From NCBI GenBank assembly GCA_963754925.1, contig CAVWHX010000007.1, positions 1-64,000 of the forward strand: 64,000 bases of DNA. The letters run 5' to 3'. The translations under genes were made by a program, and so were the position numbers. The DNA is from an uncultured delta proteobacterium (GTDB lineage: Bacteria; Myxococcota; B64-G9). Within the stretch, counting starts at the first letter, position 1. Each line of letters begins with the position of its first letter. Positions 20,187 through 30,044 of this stretch are shown here, in pieces. The notes beneath the pieces were generated by a model. It had not been told where the DNA came from, made no database searches, and saw only the letters and a list, made by a program, of their open reading frames with translations.

Positions 20187-20214
20187 ACGTCCTATAAGAT
20201 ATATTATGTAAAAT
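20187..20214 (+). other. Chromosomal dif site (XerC/XerD)
   Basis: ACGTCCTATAA-GATATA-TTATGTAAAAT; right arm is one mismatch from E. coli TTATGTTAAAT; AT-rich intergenic location; gene orientation switches here. Confidence 0.85.
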
Positions 20215-20259
20215 TATTATATCCATCATGATACAGCGCTATTCGCCTAAAAAACTCCT

Positions 20260-20661
20260 TCACTGCCCTAATAATAATTTGACTGTTGGCAAATCGGCTG
20301 GTGGGAACTCAAACGATTCCAATTGAGATACCGGAACCCAGCGGAAATCAAGAACGCCCAGCGTTTGCAGGGAACCGGAACAAAGCGTGCAACGATAGAC
20401 ATTGAAATCGATCTCGAAATCTGGATACTCGTGCAACAAGCTCATAAAATGTTCGCCGACCAAAACTTCGATGCCTAGTTCTTCGTGCAGCTCTCTCTTC
20501 AGGGCATCATGATCCGTCTCAGAGGGCTCAACCTTGCCACCGGGAAACTCCCATTTCAACGGCATGAATGCCTGGGGACGACGTTGCGTGATCAAAACTC
20601 TGCCATCGCTGCGTTCAATAAGCGCTGCAACTACCCTCACCCGTTTTTTATTTTTATCCAT
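20260..20661 (-). CDS. Nudix (d)NTP pyrophosphohydrolase, MutT/NudG-like
   Basis: WEFPGGKVEPSET...ALKRELHEELGI, FPPAD. Confidence 0.92.
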   Translation of the reverse strand: MDKNKKRVRVVAALIERSDGRVLITQRRPQAFMPLKWEFPGGKVEPSETDHDALKRELHEELGIEVLVGEHFMSLLHEYPDFEIDFNVYRCTLCSGSLQTLGVLDFRWVPVSQLESFEFPPADLPTVKLLLGQ

Positions 20662-21925
20662 CGTCGGTTATATCCATGCCGTAGAGAACCTGGCCATTGG
20701 AAACCCAATATACTTTTTTTCCAAAAACCGACGGTGGAGCATTTGAACCTTTGCCCGGATTGATGGTTTGTTCAAGCTGACCCGTCATCGAATCGAGGAC
20801 TAACAGGGAGTGCTCGCTCGATGATATCAATAGATATCTCCCCGAAAGCACTGGCCTCGATAAATTTCCTTTGCCCGCATCAAAACTCCAGAAAATTTTC
20901 CCATTGTCCAGATGAAGCGCTAGAATCTTTGACTGAGCAGTTGAAATCCACAACACATTTTGCTGCTTATTGATCGCGTACGAAGACGGCCCCTCCATGG
21001 GAGTTTTCCAGAGTATCCTCAAATCGGTCGGATCCAAGGCAAAAAGTCCTTGTGAATTTTCGCCGACCAACAAGAGGTTACCAACCACTTCCGGATTGGT
21101 ATCGATATCGGTAAATCGGTCTTCTTTTTGAGACAAATCTTTCGAGAGTTGCAAACTTCCATCCTCGCTCGAAAGCACCACCACGGTTCCGTCCGAAAAT
21201 CCTGCAATGACCTGGTGTCCGACCACGAATGGCGTGGCCACCCCTTTGACCTGAAATCTACCGGCCGGAATATCACGATGATAGCTCCATAGCAATTTGC
21301 CAGTTTTTGCATCGAGAGAAATAAGTGTGTTGGTGTCAGACATTACTAACAAACGGTCATTCATCAGAACCGGTTTTCCATCCAATGAACCATTAGCTTT
21401 ATACGACCAGATCTGCTCTCCGTTCGATAACCAAAACGCATAAAAGGTGCTGTCACCCGCTCCGACAAAGACAACTTCATTAGTCACGGTCGGTTCACCG
21501 TCAATCGGTCCCGGCAGAAAGTGCCTCCACATCACGGTGCCGTCGTTTGCGTCAAGGCAATAGAAGCTTCCATCTACTCCGCCGACAACCACCCGTTTAC
21601 CATCAGGGCTAACCGAAGGCGATCCATACTGGACCGCATCAATCGTTTTACTGGTATCAATGCGGGAAGTTGTTTTTGAATACGTTGCCGATGAACCTTT
21701 TTGAGCTTGAGCGATCCGATCTCTACTATCCTCCGGCTCAAACAGCTTTTGATGCCAACGCACCGTTAAAACTTTTCTTCCCGCGTTGTAATTGGTTGTT
21801 TCAGGTATTGCATTTGGTTCAGGTGGCGCCAGAATTCCACTGCAGCCGACAATCAGGCAACAAAGAAAGCCAACGAGACCCATGCCTAATTTCTCAACGC
21901 TCCCGATAGGATGATGTCTATTCAC
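20654..21925 (-). CDS. bamB: PQQ-type beta-propeller lipoprotein, BamB-like
   Basis: Lipobox IVGC; repeated LDAxxGxxxW blades; follows a yfgM-like gene. Confidence 0.75.
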   Translation of the reverse strand: MNRHHPIGSVEKLGMGLVGFLCCLIVGCSGILAPPEPNAIPETTNYNAGRKVLTVRWHQKLFEPEDSRDRIAQAQKGSSATYSKTTSRIDTSKTIDAVQYGSPSVSPDGKRVVVGGVDGSFYCLDANDGTVMWRHFLPGPIDGEPTVTNEVVFVGAGDSTFYAFWLSNGEQIWSYKANGSLDGKPVLMNDRLLVMSDTNTLISLDAKTGKLLWSYHRDIPAGRFQVKGVATPFVVGHQVIAGFSDGTVVVLSSEDGSLQLSKDLSQKEDRFTDIDTNPEVVGNLLLVGENSQGLFALDPTDLRILWKTPMEGPSSYAINKQQNVLWISTAQSKILALHLDNGKIFWSFDAGKGNLSRPVLSGRYLLISSSEHSLLVLDSMTGQLEQTINPGKGSNAPPSVFGKKVYWVSNGQVLYGMDITDDG

Positions 21926-21933
21926 GAGCTGTC

Positions 21934-22747
21934 CTATGGTTCTTTTTTCTTGGTATCGGAGAGAGGTTGATCAGGCTGACCCGCATGGGTCGATGCTTCT
22001 GCTGATTTCACCGTGGGCTTTGGCAACATGATAAGACGCTCTTGAATATCCTGACTGAACTGAGTGTTAGGATACTTATCGAGAATTGACTTTTAACTGA
22101 TCCGCAGCCTCCTGAAGCTTGCCGGCTGCCTGATCGAGGCACGCGAGATGGTAACGACCCCGATCGCACTCTGACTCAAGCGGAGGCTGGCAAAGACGCT
22201 TATAGTTCTCTATGGCTTCGGCCGTCATCCCCTTTGATTCATAACAGGAGGCAATGCCTTCCACCGCCGCCGACGCCAGTACCCCCTCAAGACCCTCACT
22301 TGCCAAGTACTTTTTATACGCTTCAACCGCTTTGTCGGTTTCACCCAGTTTTTGAGAATACAGACCTATATACAATGTCGCCATGGCGGCAGTGTCTGTG
22401 CTCGGAAATTCTTGCCTGACTTTTTCAAAACCAGTAATCGCCTCCCGGTACTTTTCTTCTTCCGATTGGGCGCTGTCGGCACCCGAGGAGTTGTCTTTGG
22501 GCTCCCGAACTGAATTCTGTTGGGTGAACGTTAATTTCCGCGCTTCCATGAAAAGCCGTGAGGCTTCTTTTTCGTTGGATTCGCTGTACCACCGCCATCC
22601 GAACACGGCGATAACCACGACCGCCAGCGCCGCCGCTCCGAGTATCAGTGCCCAGCGCTGTTCAAGCAACCACGTAACGAGGCTTTTGGTGAGACTAACC
22701 AGCTCATCAGGTTTTTTTAGATCCTTTCTCGAAATCTTATCCGTCAA
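21934..22747 (-). CDS. YfgM-like membrane-anchored TPR protein (frameshift near 22090)
   Basis: SRKDLKKPDE, single TM helix, TPRs; C-terminus ILDKYPNTQFSQDIQERL continues in a shifted frame; TTG start after GGAGG. Confidence 0.8.
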
Positions 22748-22841
22748 GGAATTCCTCCAATGTTCATGCGCTGTTGAGCATATTGCAAACACAGAAAATC
22801 GAGTCAGGACCGTAGATCAGATGATAGGGGTTGTCAAACAA

Positions 22842-22886
22842 AATAGGAGCCCCTTAGCGAGCGAAGCGAGCTTAGGGGCTCCTATT
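22842..22886. repeat. Hairpin capped by GCGAGCGAAGCGAGC; REP-like element / terminator after glgP
   Basis: 13-bp perfect stem AATAGGAGCCCCT/AGGGGCTCCTATT; same cap motif as in the 42.2-42.7 kb array. Confidence 0.75.
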
Positions 22887-25390
22887 CATCGCGGTTTCTT
22901 TCTTTTATGGTCACCCGTTTCAATCGGCACTCCCCAAATTTCCTTGGCGTAGTTCAGGATAGTTATGTCGCTGGAGAAAGAACCCATGTGAGTCACATTC
23001 AGTATCGACTTACGAGTCCACTCTGAAGGATTGCGATACACCTGCTCCACCGCGCGCTGCGCATCACGATAGCTGACAAAATCAGCCAGAACCATAAATT
23101 GATCGCCGTGGATCAACAGACTGTCAACAATCGGCGCAAAGCGACCGGGCTCGTCCGGAGACACTGATCCCGAAGCCAAAAAATCAACGGCATCACGGAG
23201 CTCTAAATCTGCTTCATAATATGCACGCGGGTTGTATCCGCGGGCTTTGAGCGCACGAACCTCGGATTCATTAAGGCCAAAAATAAACATGTTTTCGGAT
23301 CCGACGTTCTCAAGTATTTCAATATTCGCGCCATCCAATGTTCCAATAGTCAGCGCACCGTTGAGAGCGAATTTCATGTTGCCGGTGCCCGATGCCTCTA
23401 ATCCAGCGGTTGAGATCTGTTCGGACAAATCCGCAGCGGGAATGATCACCTCGGCGGATGAAACACAATAGTTGGGAAGAAAGCACACGTTGAGAACCTG
23501 GTTGACCTCCGGATCGTTATTGACCAGGTCGGCAACACCGTTGACGAGCCGAATCAGACGTTTCGCCTGTTCATATCCCGGGGCCGCCTTGCCGCCAAAG
23601 ATCACAGTACGCGGGATCAGATCGCCCACTCCTTGACGCTTGATCCTTCGGTAGAGAGCCAGTACGTGCAGGACATTGAGGAGCTGACGTTTATACTCAT
23701 GAATACGCTTGACCTGAACATCGAAAAGCGAGTCTGGATTTACGCGCAGCGCACACTCGTTTTCTATTAAGGTTGCCAGTTGTTTCTTGTTTTCTCGCTT
23801 GATCTCGGCCCAGTCTGCTTGGAAACGCCGATCGTCGGCAAGGGAGGCAAGTTTCTCCAATTGTGGTAGGTCGGTTATCCAGGAGGTGCCGATGCGATCG
23901 GTAATGAGTTTCGCCAATCGAGGATTACATCCGAGAAGCCAGCGTCGGGGGGTTATCCCATTGGTCTTATTATTAAACTTATCTGGGTAAAATTCTGCAA
24001 AGTCACAAAACAAACGCTCACGCAGCAAGCGGCTATGGAGCTTTGAAACCCCATTGACCGAAAAGCTGCCGACAATGGCGAGATTGGCCATCCGTATCTG
24101 TTGTTCGAAACCCTCCTGTATTATCGACATGCGTTGTACGCGCCCTTCGTCGCCTGGGAAACGCCGCCGCACTTCCAAAAGCAATCGGGCGTTGATTTCA
24201 AAAATGATCTGCAGATGCCGCGGCAGAACCCGACCAAACAACGGTATCGTCCAATTTTCTAGCGCCTCCGGCATCACGGTGTGGTTGGTGTACGCAAAGC
24301 ATTGCCGAGTTATTTCCCAGGCCGCATCCCACTCGAGCGCATAGGTGTCGAGTAACAGACGCATCAGCTCGGCTACCGCGAGCGCTGGATGGGTATCGTT
24401 GAGTTGAAAGACCAGATGGTTGTGGAGGTTATCAACCGAACGGTGCACCTTGAGATGCCTTCTGAGAGCATCTTGGAGTGATGCAGAAACGAAGAAGTAC
24501 TCTTGCTTCAGGCGTAGCTCTTTTCCTTGACTGGATTTGTCATTTGGGTAGAGCACGCGCGAAATGTTTTCGGTGGCGTTTTTTTCGTACACCGCGGTCA
24601 CGTAATCGCCCTGATTAAAGTTAGGCAGGTCGAGCTCGCGCGAGGCCTTGGCCGCCCACAGTCGCAACGTATTGACCGCATCATTGTGGTAACCGGGAAC
24701 GGCAAGGTCGTAGGCCATGGCCACGACATTCTCGGTATCTATCCATTCGAAGATCGGTTTCCCCGGTTGACCTGGCAGCGAGCGTATTCTGCCATAGAAT
24801 TGAATGGGAAAAATGCATTCGGGCCTGGGTATCTCCCACGGACTGCCGTAGCGCAGCCAATTGTCGGGGCTCTCGACCTGGGACCCGTTGACGATCATCT
24901 GGCGAAAAATTCCAAATTCATACCGAATACCGTACCCCGTCGCGGGTAGTCCCAAGGTGGCCATCGAATCAAGAAAGCAGGCGGCCAACCGACCCAATCC
25001 TCCGTTACCTAAGCCGGCATCGACCTCGGCTCCGAGAACTTGATCGAGATCAATCCCAAGCTCGGACAGCGCCGCTCGGGTCTGATCGAGAATGCCGAGA
25101 TTGAGTAGACCATCTTTTAAGAGCCGACCGAGCAGGAACTCCAGTGAAAGATAATAGATTCGTTTTGAATCCTTGGCGTAGTACTTTTGCTGGGTTTTGT
25201 TCCAGCGATCGAACATCCGATCACGCGCAACTCGAGCCAAACTCTGAAAGAAATCAAGTGGGGTCACTGAAAATTCATCTTTACATTGAGTGTATTCGAT
25301 GTGGCTGGCAAATGAGCGCTTGATCGATTCCTGATTCATCCCTAAATCTTGCTCTGTAAAATAGCTCCATTGGCTCGGATGCTCTACCAT
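22886..25390 (-). CDS. glgP: Glycogen/alpha-glucan phosphorylase
   Basis: GLGNGGLGRLAACF, LRLKQEYF, QLNDTHP, VKRIHEYKRQ, EASGTGNMKF. Confidence 0.97.
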   Translation of the reverse strand: MVEHPSQWSYFTEQDLGMNQESIKRSFASHIEYTQCKDEFSVTPLDFFQSLARVARDRMFDRWNKTQQKYYAKDSKRIYYLSLEFLLGRLLKDGLLNLGILDQTRAALSELGIDLDQVLGAEVDAGLGNGGLGRLAACFLDSMATLGLPATGYGIRYEFGIFRQMIVNGSQVESPDNWLRYGSPWEIPRPECIFPIQFYGRIRSLPGQPGKPIFEWIDTENVVAMAYDLAVPGYHNDAVNTLRLWAAKASRELDLPNFNQGDYVTAVYEKNATENISRVLYPNDKSSQGKELRLKQEYFFVSASLQDALRRHLKVHRSVDNLHNHLVFQLNDTHPALAVAELMRLLLDTYALEWDAAWEITRQCFAYTNHTVMPEALENWTIPLFGRVLPRHLQIIFEINARLLLEVRRRFPGDEGRVQRMSIIQEGFEQQIRMANLAIVGSFSVNGVSKLHSRLLRERLFCDFAEFYPDKFNNKTNGITPRRWLLGCNPRLAKLITDRIGTSWITDLPQLEKLASLADDRRFQADWAEIKRENKKQLATLIENECALRVNPDSLFDVQVKRIHEYKRQLLNVLHVLALYRRIKRQGVGDLIPRTVIFGGKAAPGYEQAKRLIRLVNGVADLVNNDPEVNQVLNVCFLPNYCVSSAEVIIPAADLSEQISTAGLEASGTGNMKFALNGALTIGTLDGANIEILENVGSENMFIFGLNESEVRALKARGYNPRAYYEADLELRDAVDFLASGSVSPDEPGRFAPIVDSLLIHGDQFMVLADFVSYRDAQRAVEQVYRNPSEWTRKSILNVTHMGSFSSDITILNYAKEIWGVPIETGDHKRKKPR

Positions 25391-25592
25391 AGCTATAGTC
25401 CCCTGAAAGACATGGTTAACCTGCTACGATCAAACCATCAAATAACCATGCGGTCAAGAAGTGAAGTTGTTTCCTAAGCATTTGATAATCACATCGCTCT
25501 TGACAGATTCATCAATATCGGAATAGAATTTAATTGTGATTGGTCGGGTACACCGAATTACCGGGCACCACGGCCAATACAGGGAGCTCTCC

Positions 25593-25985
25593 ATGCAACG
25601 CAATATGTTTAAGTCAAAGATTCACCGTGCCACCGTTACCGAGTCGAATGTTGATTATGAAGGTTCAGTTACCGTTGATGAAGATCTGCTCGATTTGGCT
25701 GATATGGTTCCGTGGGAGCAAGTACACATCTGGGATGTCGATAATGGTGCTCGCCTGACGACCTACCTTTTGGCGGGCCCGCGCGGAAAAGGAACTGTTT
25801 GCGTCAATGGCGCTGCTGCCCACCTCGTCAAGCCGGGCCACCGTGTGATTCTCGCGACCTTCGCGAATATAGACGAGAGCAAGGTTCGCAACTACCACCC
25901 AAAGGTCGTCCTCGTAGATAAAAACAATCAGCCATTTGAAACCAATCATCAGGAGCAGCCGTTTCGGCTATCGGTGTCAGCATAG
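25593..25985 (+). CDS. panD: Aspartate 1-decarboxylase
   Basis: KSKIHRATVT, YEGS cleavage site, NGARLTTY, NGAAAH. Confidence 0.96.
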   Translation: MQRNMFKSKIHRATVTESNVDYEGSVTVDEDLLDLADMVPWEQVHIWDVDNGARLTTYLLAGPRGKGTVCVNGAAAHLVKPGHRVILATFANIDESKVRNYHPKVVLVDKNNQPFETNHQEQPFRLSVSA

Positions 25986-26048
25986 CATAAGACTCTACAA
26001 TTTCTATACCCATCCTACTCGTCCTATCTAACGTATCTGCGTGGAGGG

Positions 26049-26693
26049 TTATTCCCAGCCAAAACGTTTTGTTAATTCATCGATGATACTGCGATGCACC
26101 AGCTCCTTCGGGGAACAGCCATCTACAACAACAACAGCTTGGTCGGCAAGGATACGGGGGATTTCTCGGTAGGCCTGCTCCAAGAGGCGTTGGGTTTCAA
26201 GCGTCTCGTATATCTCCCTCTGGGTGCGTTGACGCAGCCTCCGATCGGCCTCCTCGGCTGGGATGTCGATTAGATAGGTTACATCCGGCGGCCGGGCGTG
26301 CGCGTTGAGCATTCGGATCCATTCGCGATCGCCACCCAAGGATTGGTAGGTGATACTCGAATGATAATATCGATCGCAGATAACCGTAGCACCGCTCCGT
26401 ATCGAAGGCAGGATTTCATTATCGAGATGATCCAGGCGATCGGCCGCAAACAAGAGAGCGATCACATCATTGTTGAGCACCCCAGAAGTGCCGTCAAGTC
26501 GTTGCGACACTAGTCGTCCGGAAAGCACCTGGCGCAGCATGGCGCCTATTGGTCCTCGACTAGGCTCGCTGGTCATCAGCGCCCGATGGCCCCGCGCTTG
26601 TAACCAATTCGTAAGCAGTTGAGACTGGGTGGTCGTTCCGGCCCCATCAATGCCTTCGATCACAATAAACTTACCAAATTGATCTAACGCCAC
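26049..26693 (-). CDS. tmk: Thymidylate kinase
   Basis: FIVIEGIDGAGTTTQ, LLFAADR, VICDRY. Confidence 0.93.
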   Translation of the reverse strand: MALDQFGKFIVIEGIDGAGTTTQSQLLTNWLQARGHRALMTSEPSRGPIGAMLRQVLSGRLVSQRLDGTSGVLNNDVIALLFAADRLDHLDNEILPSIRSGATVICDRYYHSSITYQSLGGDREWIRMLNAHARPPDVTYLIDIPAEEADRRLRQRTQREIYETLETQRLLEQAYREIPRILADQAVVVVDGCSPKELVHRSIIDELTKRFGWE

Positions 26694-26721
26694 AACTAGT
26701 CGCCTCTATGTTGTTAATAAT

Positions 26722-29178
26722 TTACTTTAATCGAGCAAGTAGGGTTTGAACCTGCCGTATCCGAACATCCTTGGGTGATTGCGCATGTGCAATAAAAAGT
26801 TGCAATAACTCTTTCGCGCGGTCATCGTTTTTTGCTTCGATTTCGAGCATCCCCAATCGAAAGAGGGCCTCGGGGTAATCCGGCTTGAGGTCAAGAACCT
26901 GGATGTATGATTTACGAGCCTGATCGATATGCTTTTCCTCTTCCCAGGCGACCGCGATCTGAAAAAGTGGTTCGATCTCTTGCGCCTGTTGCTTTCTGGC
27001 AAGGCCGAAAACTCGACGGGCCTGATAGAATCTGTCGCGGGTACGGTTGTCCTTGAGCCAGGACCGACCACCTTCCATATATCGTTGGTATATCTCGTCG
27101 GCCGGAGCTTTTTGCATCGCCGCCAGCATCGCCGCTTGCTCGAAAGCATTGGCGGCGTCGGTAAACTTGCCTTTGAGCACCAAAAGGTTTCCGAGAGAAT
27201 CGAATGCCCGTTTCAATCGTTTTCGCTTCAGGCTTTCTTTAAGACTGTTCTCTGCGGCCGCAATCATACCAAGTTTAAGCTGTGCGAGTCCCAGATCGGC
27301 AAGCAACTCCGGATTTTTATCATCGAGCTTCTGGGCTGCGGTCAGGTCTCTCAGGGCTTGTGGAAACTTGCCCGAAGCGAGATTCGCGCTCCCGACCATG
27401 TGCCAAGAGTGACCATCCACCAGATGGCCCGTAGCGCGCGCCTGTTCGGCCGTCACCAAGGCCTTATCAGGATGATTGAGCAGCAGCAATGCCTCGGTCA
27501 TGCCGATCAGGCCTTCCGTGTGTGCCGGTTCTAGACGGACCACCTGGGTAAACGCCTCCAGCGCTGCTTCGGGATCTCCCATGCGCAGTTTTGTTACACC
27601 CAATAAAACACTGCTTTCTTGGTCGAACGGATTGGCCGTAAGCGCTGCTCGGAGGAGTTCCTCGGCGTCAGCCAATTTATTACGTCCGAGCGCAATCGCA
27701 GCGAGCTGGGCCATGCCCTGATAGCAGCGCGGATCGAGCTCCACCGCCCGCTTAAATTCATCAACGGCCTTCCACTCATTCTTCGCTGCAAGAAGCGCTT
27801 TACCCAGCGCATAGTGACCAATTGATAATGCCGGCTTTTCGATGGTTAGCGCCGCGGCCTCTTTACGGGCCGATTCAACATCACCTTGGCCGAGTCGGGC
27901 GAGGCTCGCGAACGCGCGGGCAGTTGGCTTTTCTGATTCGGTATCCCCTATCGCCTGAAAATCCGCTGCCGCCTGTTGGTATTGACCCAGCGCGAGGTAC
28001 GTCTCTCCACGCAGCAAGAAAAACGGCACGGCCAAGACACGCTGACCAACGAGATCGTCGAGTGCTTTCAAGGCGTCCGCCGGCTGCCCCCGCGGCAAAT
28101 AGCAGCGAATGAGGAGCAACTTCGCAAGCACGTTGTCTGGTGCGAGCTGCAGTACCTTCTTGGTAAGACTGGTTGCCAGGTCGAGCTCAAAATACCTCAA
28201 ACACAATTCAGCCAAATCATACTGAAACTCGCTGTCCTGCGGGCGCAGGTCTGCGGCCATCTGGATTTCGGCACGGCCGTCCGCCCGCAACATTCGTAAA
28301 AAATGCAGCTCCGCCAGCAAGCGGTGTGCCTGAGCCTTGTGCCGATCAATAATCACCGTTAGCTTAACGACTTTCTCAAGGTCGGTTCTGACAAGATCGA
28401 GCTCTTTTTTTTGTTTTATGCGCAGGCGCGCGAGAGCTAACAGCGAACCGACGTGGAGATTATTAAGTCGCAGGGCTTGTTGATACCGCTCGGTAGCTTT
28501 AGGAATTCGGCCGAGCGACTCTTCAAGATAACCGAGCCGATACACGACATGAACGTTGGAAGGATCTTTCTCCAGACTTTCTTCCCACAACGTTCTGGCT
28601 TGATCGGTATTTCGCTTACTAAACTGAAGCTCACCGCCAAGAGCCAAAAGCAGCGGGTGGTTGGGCAACATTTTGAGGGCCGCATCCAGATTGCTTGAAA
28701 GAGACTCGTCGATGTTCGGGTAGGTAAGATGAAACTGCGCCCATAATAGTATGGGGACGATATCCGGATGCTGAGCGGCCTTGGCACCCACCTCCTGAAA
28801 CAACCGAACCGACTCTTCCCGTAGGCTGGGCTCCCCGTCATACTCTTGCGCGAGGCGAGCGAGCACCAAAGCCAACAGGGCGTTACCTCGAGGATTATGC
28901 CGATCGATGTCGAGAATCACCTGTAAAGAATTGCGGGCATCGACACAGCCTACATAGGTGTCAAGCGCCAGTTGTCCGAATGACCTATCGATCAGTTCAA
29001 GGATTTTCTCAGATTTAATATGGCGGTAACCGAAAAAAATTCCTCCGAGTACACCCAGCAACAAAAAAGGCACCATCACCAAAATAGTTCTCACCGGACC
29101 GATGGAAGTTCGTATCCGATGCAACGAAGTCGATGTTACGTCAATTTTAGTGTTCTTCGATGAGATCCCATCCGCCAT
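26722..29178 (-). CDS. Membrane-anchored multi-TPR protein
   Basis: N-terminal TM helix followed by many TPR repeats. Confidence 0.85.
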   Translation of the reverse strand: MADGISSKNTKIDVTSTSLHRIRTSIGPVRTILVMVPFLLLGVLGGIFFGYRHIKSEKILELIDRSFGQLALDTYVGCVDARNSLQVILDIDRHNPRGNALLALVLARLAQEYDGEPSLREESVRLFQEVGAKAAQHPDIVPILLWAQFHLTYPNIDESLSSNLDAALKMLPNHPLLLALGGELQFSKRNTDQARTLWEESLEKDPSNVHVVYRLGYLEESLGRIPKATERYQQALRLNNLHVGSLLALARLRIKQKKELDLVRTDLEKVVKLTVIIDRHKAQAHRLLAELHFLRMLRADGRAEIQMAADLRPQDSEFQYDLAELCLRYFELDLATSLTKKVLQLAPDNVLAKLLLIRCYLPRGQPADALKALDDLVGQRVLAVPFFLLRGETYLALGQYQQAAADFQAIGDTESEKPTARAFASLARLGQGDVESARKEAAALTIEKPALSIGHYALGKALLAAKNEWKAVDEFKRAVELDPRCYQGMAQLAAIALGRNKLADAEELLRAALTANPFDQESSVLLGVTKLRMGDPEAALEAFTQVVRLEPAHTEGLIGMTEALLLLNHPDKALVTAEQARATGHLVDGHSWHMVGSANLASGKFPQALRDLTAAQKLDDKNPELLADLGLAQLKLGMIAAAENSLKESLKRKRLKRAFDSLGNLLVLKGKFTDAANAFEQAAMLAAMQKAPADEIYQRYMEGGRSWLKDNRTRDRFYQARRVFGLARKQQAQEIEPLFQIAVAWEEEKHIDQARKSYIQVLDLKPDYPEALFRLGMLEIEAKNDDRAKELLQLFIAHAQSPKDVRIRQVQTLLARLK

Positions 29179-29274
29179 GAAAACCCCTTACGGTATTATA
29201 GATAGTCAAACAGAATCAGGCAGATTTGTCAATCGCCGCTGCCTCGACGAGCAAAAATAATGAAACTATAAATT

Positions 29275-29310
29275 AAAGAAAGGGCCCGGAAGAAATTCCG
29301 GGCCCCTTTT
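29275..29310. terminator. Intrinsic terminator, possibly bidirectional
   Basis: AAAGGGCCCGGAA/TTCCGGGCCCTTT stem flanked by A and T runs. Confidence 0.8.
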
Positions 29311-29319
29311 ACTAAGAAC

Positions 29320-29494
29320 AATTGCAGGGGACAGACACACAGAGCGATTTCTCAGATCGATAGGTAACGCCACCAGCCCGCCGCCGCCCAAATTATCCCA
29401 TACCCGGCCCCTTCAAACCGCCCACCTCATCGAACGTCCATCTGACTCCTGTCCAATCCCACGGTTCGGATTACACCTCCTGACCCCTGCAATT
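29320..29494 (-). other. 175-nt non-coding element bounded by an 11-bp inverted repeat; candidate structured RNA
   Basis: AATTGCAGGGG...CCCCTGCAATT; minus strand is G-rich with several GGA motifs and a G3-tract run; lies between a stop codon and a terminator. Confidence 0.4.
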
Positions 29495-29504
29495 CGTATT
29501 TTTC

Positions 29505-30002
29505 TCACCACGAGGCGTGGAATAAACACGAATGTCCCGGGTACTCACCACATGAAACTTCCTGAACCGCTACCTCTTGGTACCTACCGCACGCCTGCAT
29601 GGCCCCAGCCAAAAACCCGCCGAGGTATTCACAGCATCCTCGATCGCCGTTTTCTTGGGAGCAGATGCAATTGAATACTTTAAACAACACATGTGAATTT
29701 GATTCTTGTACAATCGCGGCCCGCCCAAGTCCCATTTCAGATATTGCGCACAGCACATCAGCAAGGTTTTGAACCTTTTCCTTTTTGCCGTCTTCCAACC
29801 CGGCTCGATAGAGTTGGCGATTTGAACGCATATTTGATTGCATGGCAGTGCTTCTTATTTTTCCCAACATCGAACCACCCTTAATGCGATTCGTTCGCCG
29901 AATTCTGCTGGCTATGAAGGCTTGATAGGAAAGATGATCGGGCTTTTCTCTCATCGTCTGAAACCACCCATCTTGCATCAATTTAGTATTTAGTCTTGTC
30001 AT
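29505..30002 (-). CDS. Stand-alone V4R-domain protein (alternative start 29870)
   Basis: LYRAG, MGLG, NCIC, CEYLGGFLAG, VQEVSC...SCLF. Confidence 0.75.
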   Translation of the reverse strand: MTRLNTKLMQDGWFQTMREKPDHLSYQAFIASRIRRTNRIKGGSMLGKIRSTAMQSNMRSNRQLYRAGLEDGKKEKVQNLADVLCAISEMGLGRAAIVQESNSHVLFKVFNCICSQENGDRGCCEYLGGFLAGAMQACGRYQEVAVQEVSCGEYPGHSCLFHASW

Positions 30003-30028
30003 GGGTACCATCCTCTACCTGTCAATGA

Positions 30029-30044
30029 AGCAAGTTCCGTACCG
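30029..30044 (-). promoter_or_regulatory. Sigma54 (-24/-12) promoter for the V4R gene
   Basis: Minus strand CGGTACGGAACTTGCT, exact GG-N10-GC spacing; AT-rich upstream DNA. Confidence 0.65.

Noticed and set aside
29320..29494. Retron msr-msd or 6S RNA
   Set aside because: No reverse transcriptase nearby, no long msd stem, and pairing does not extend into a 6S-like rod by eye; kept only as an unassigned element
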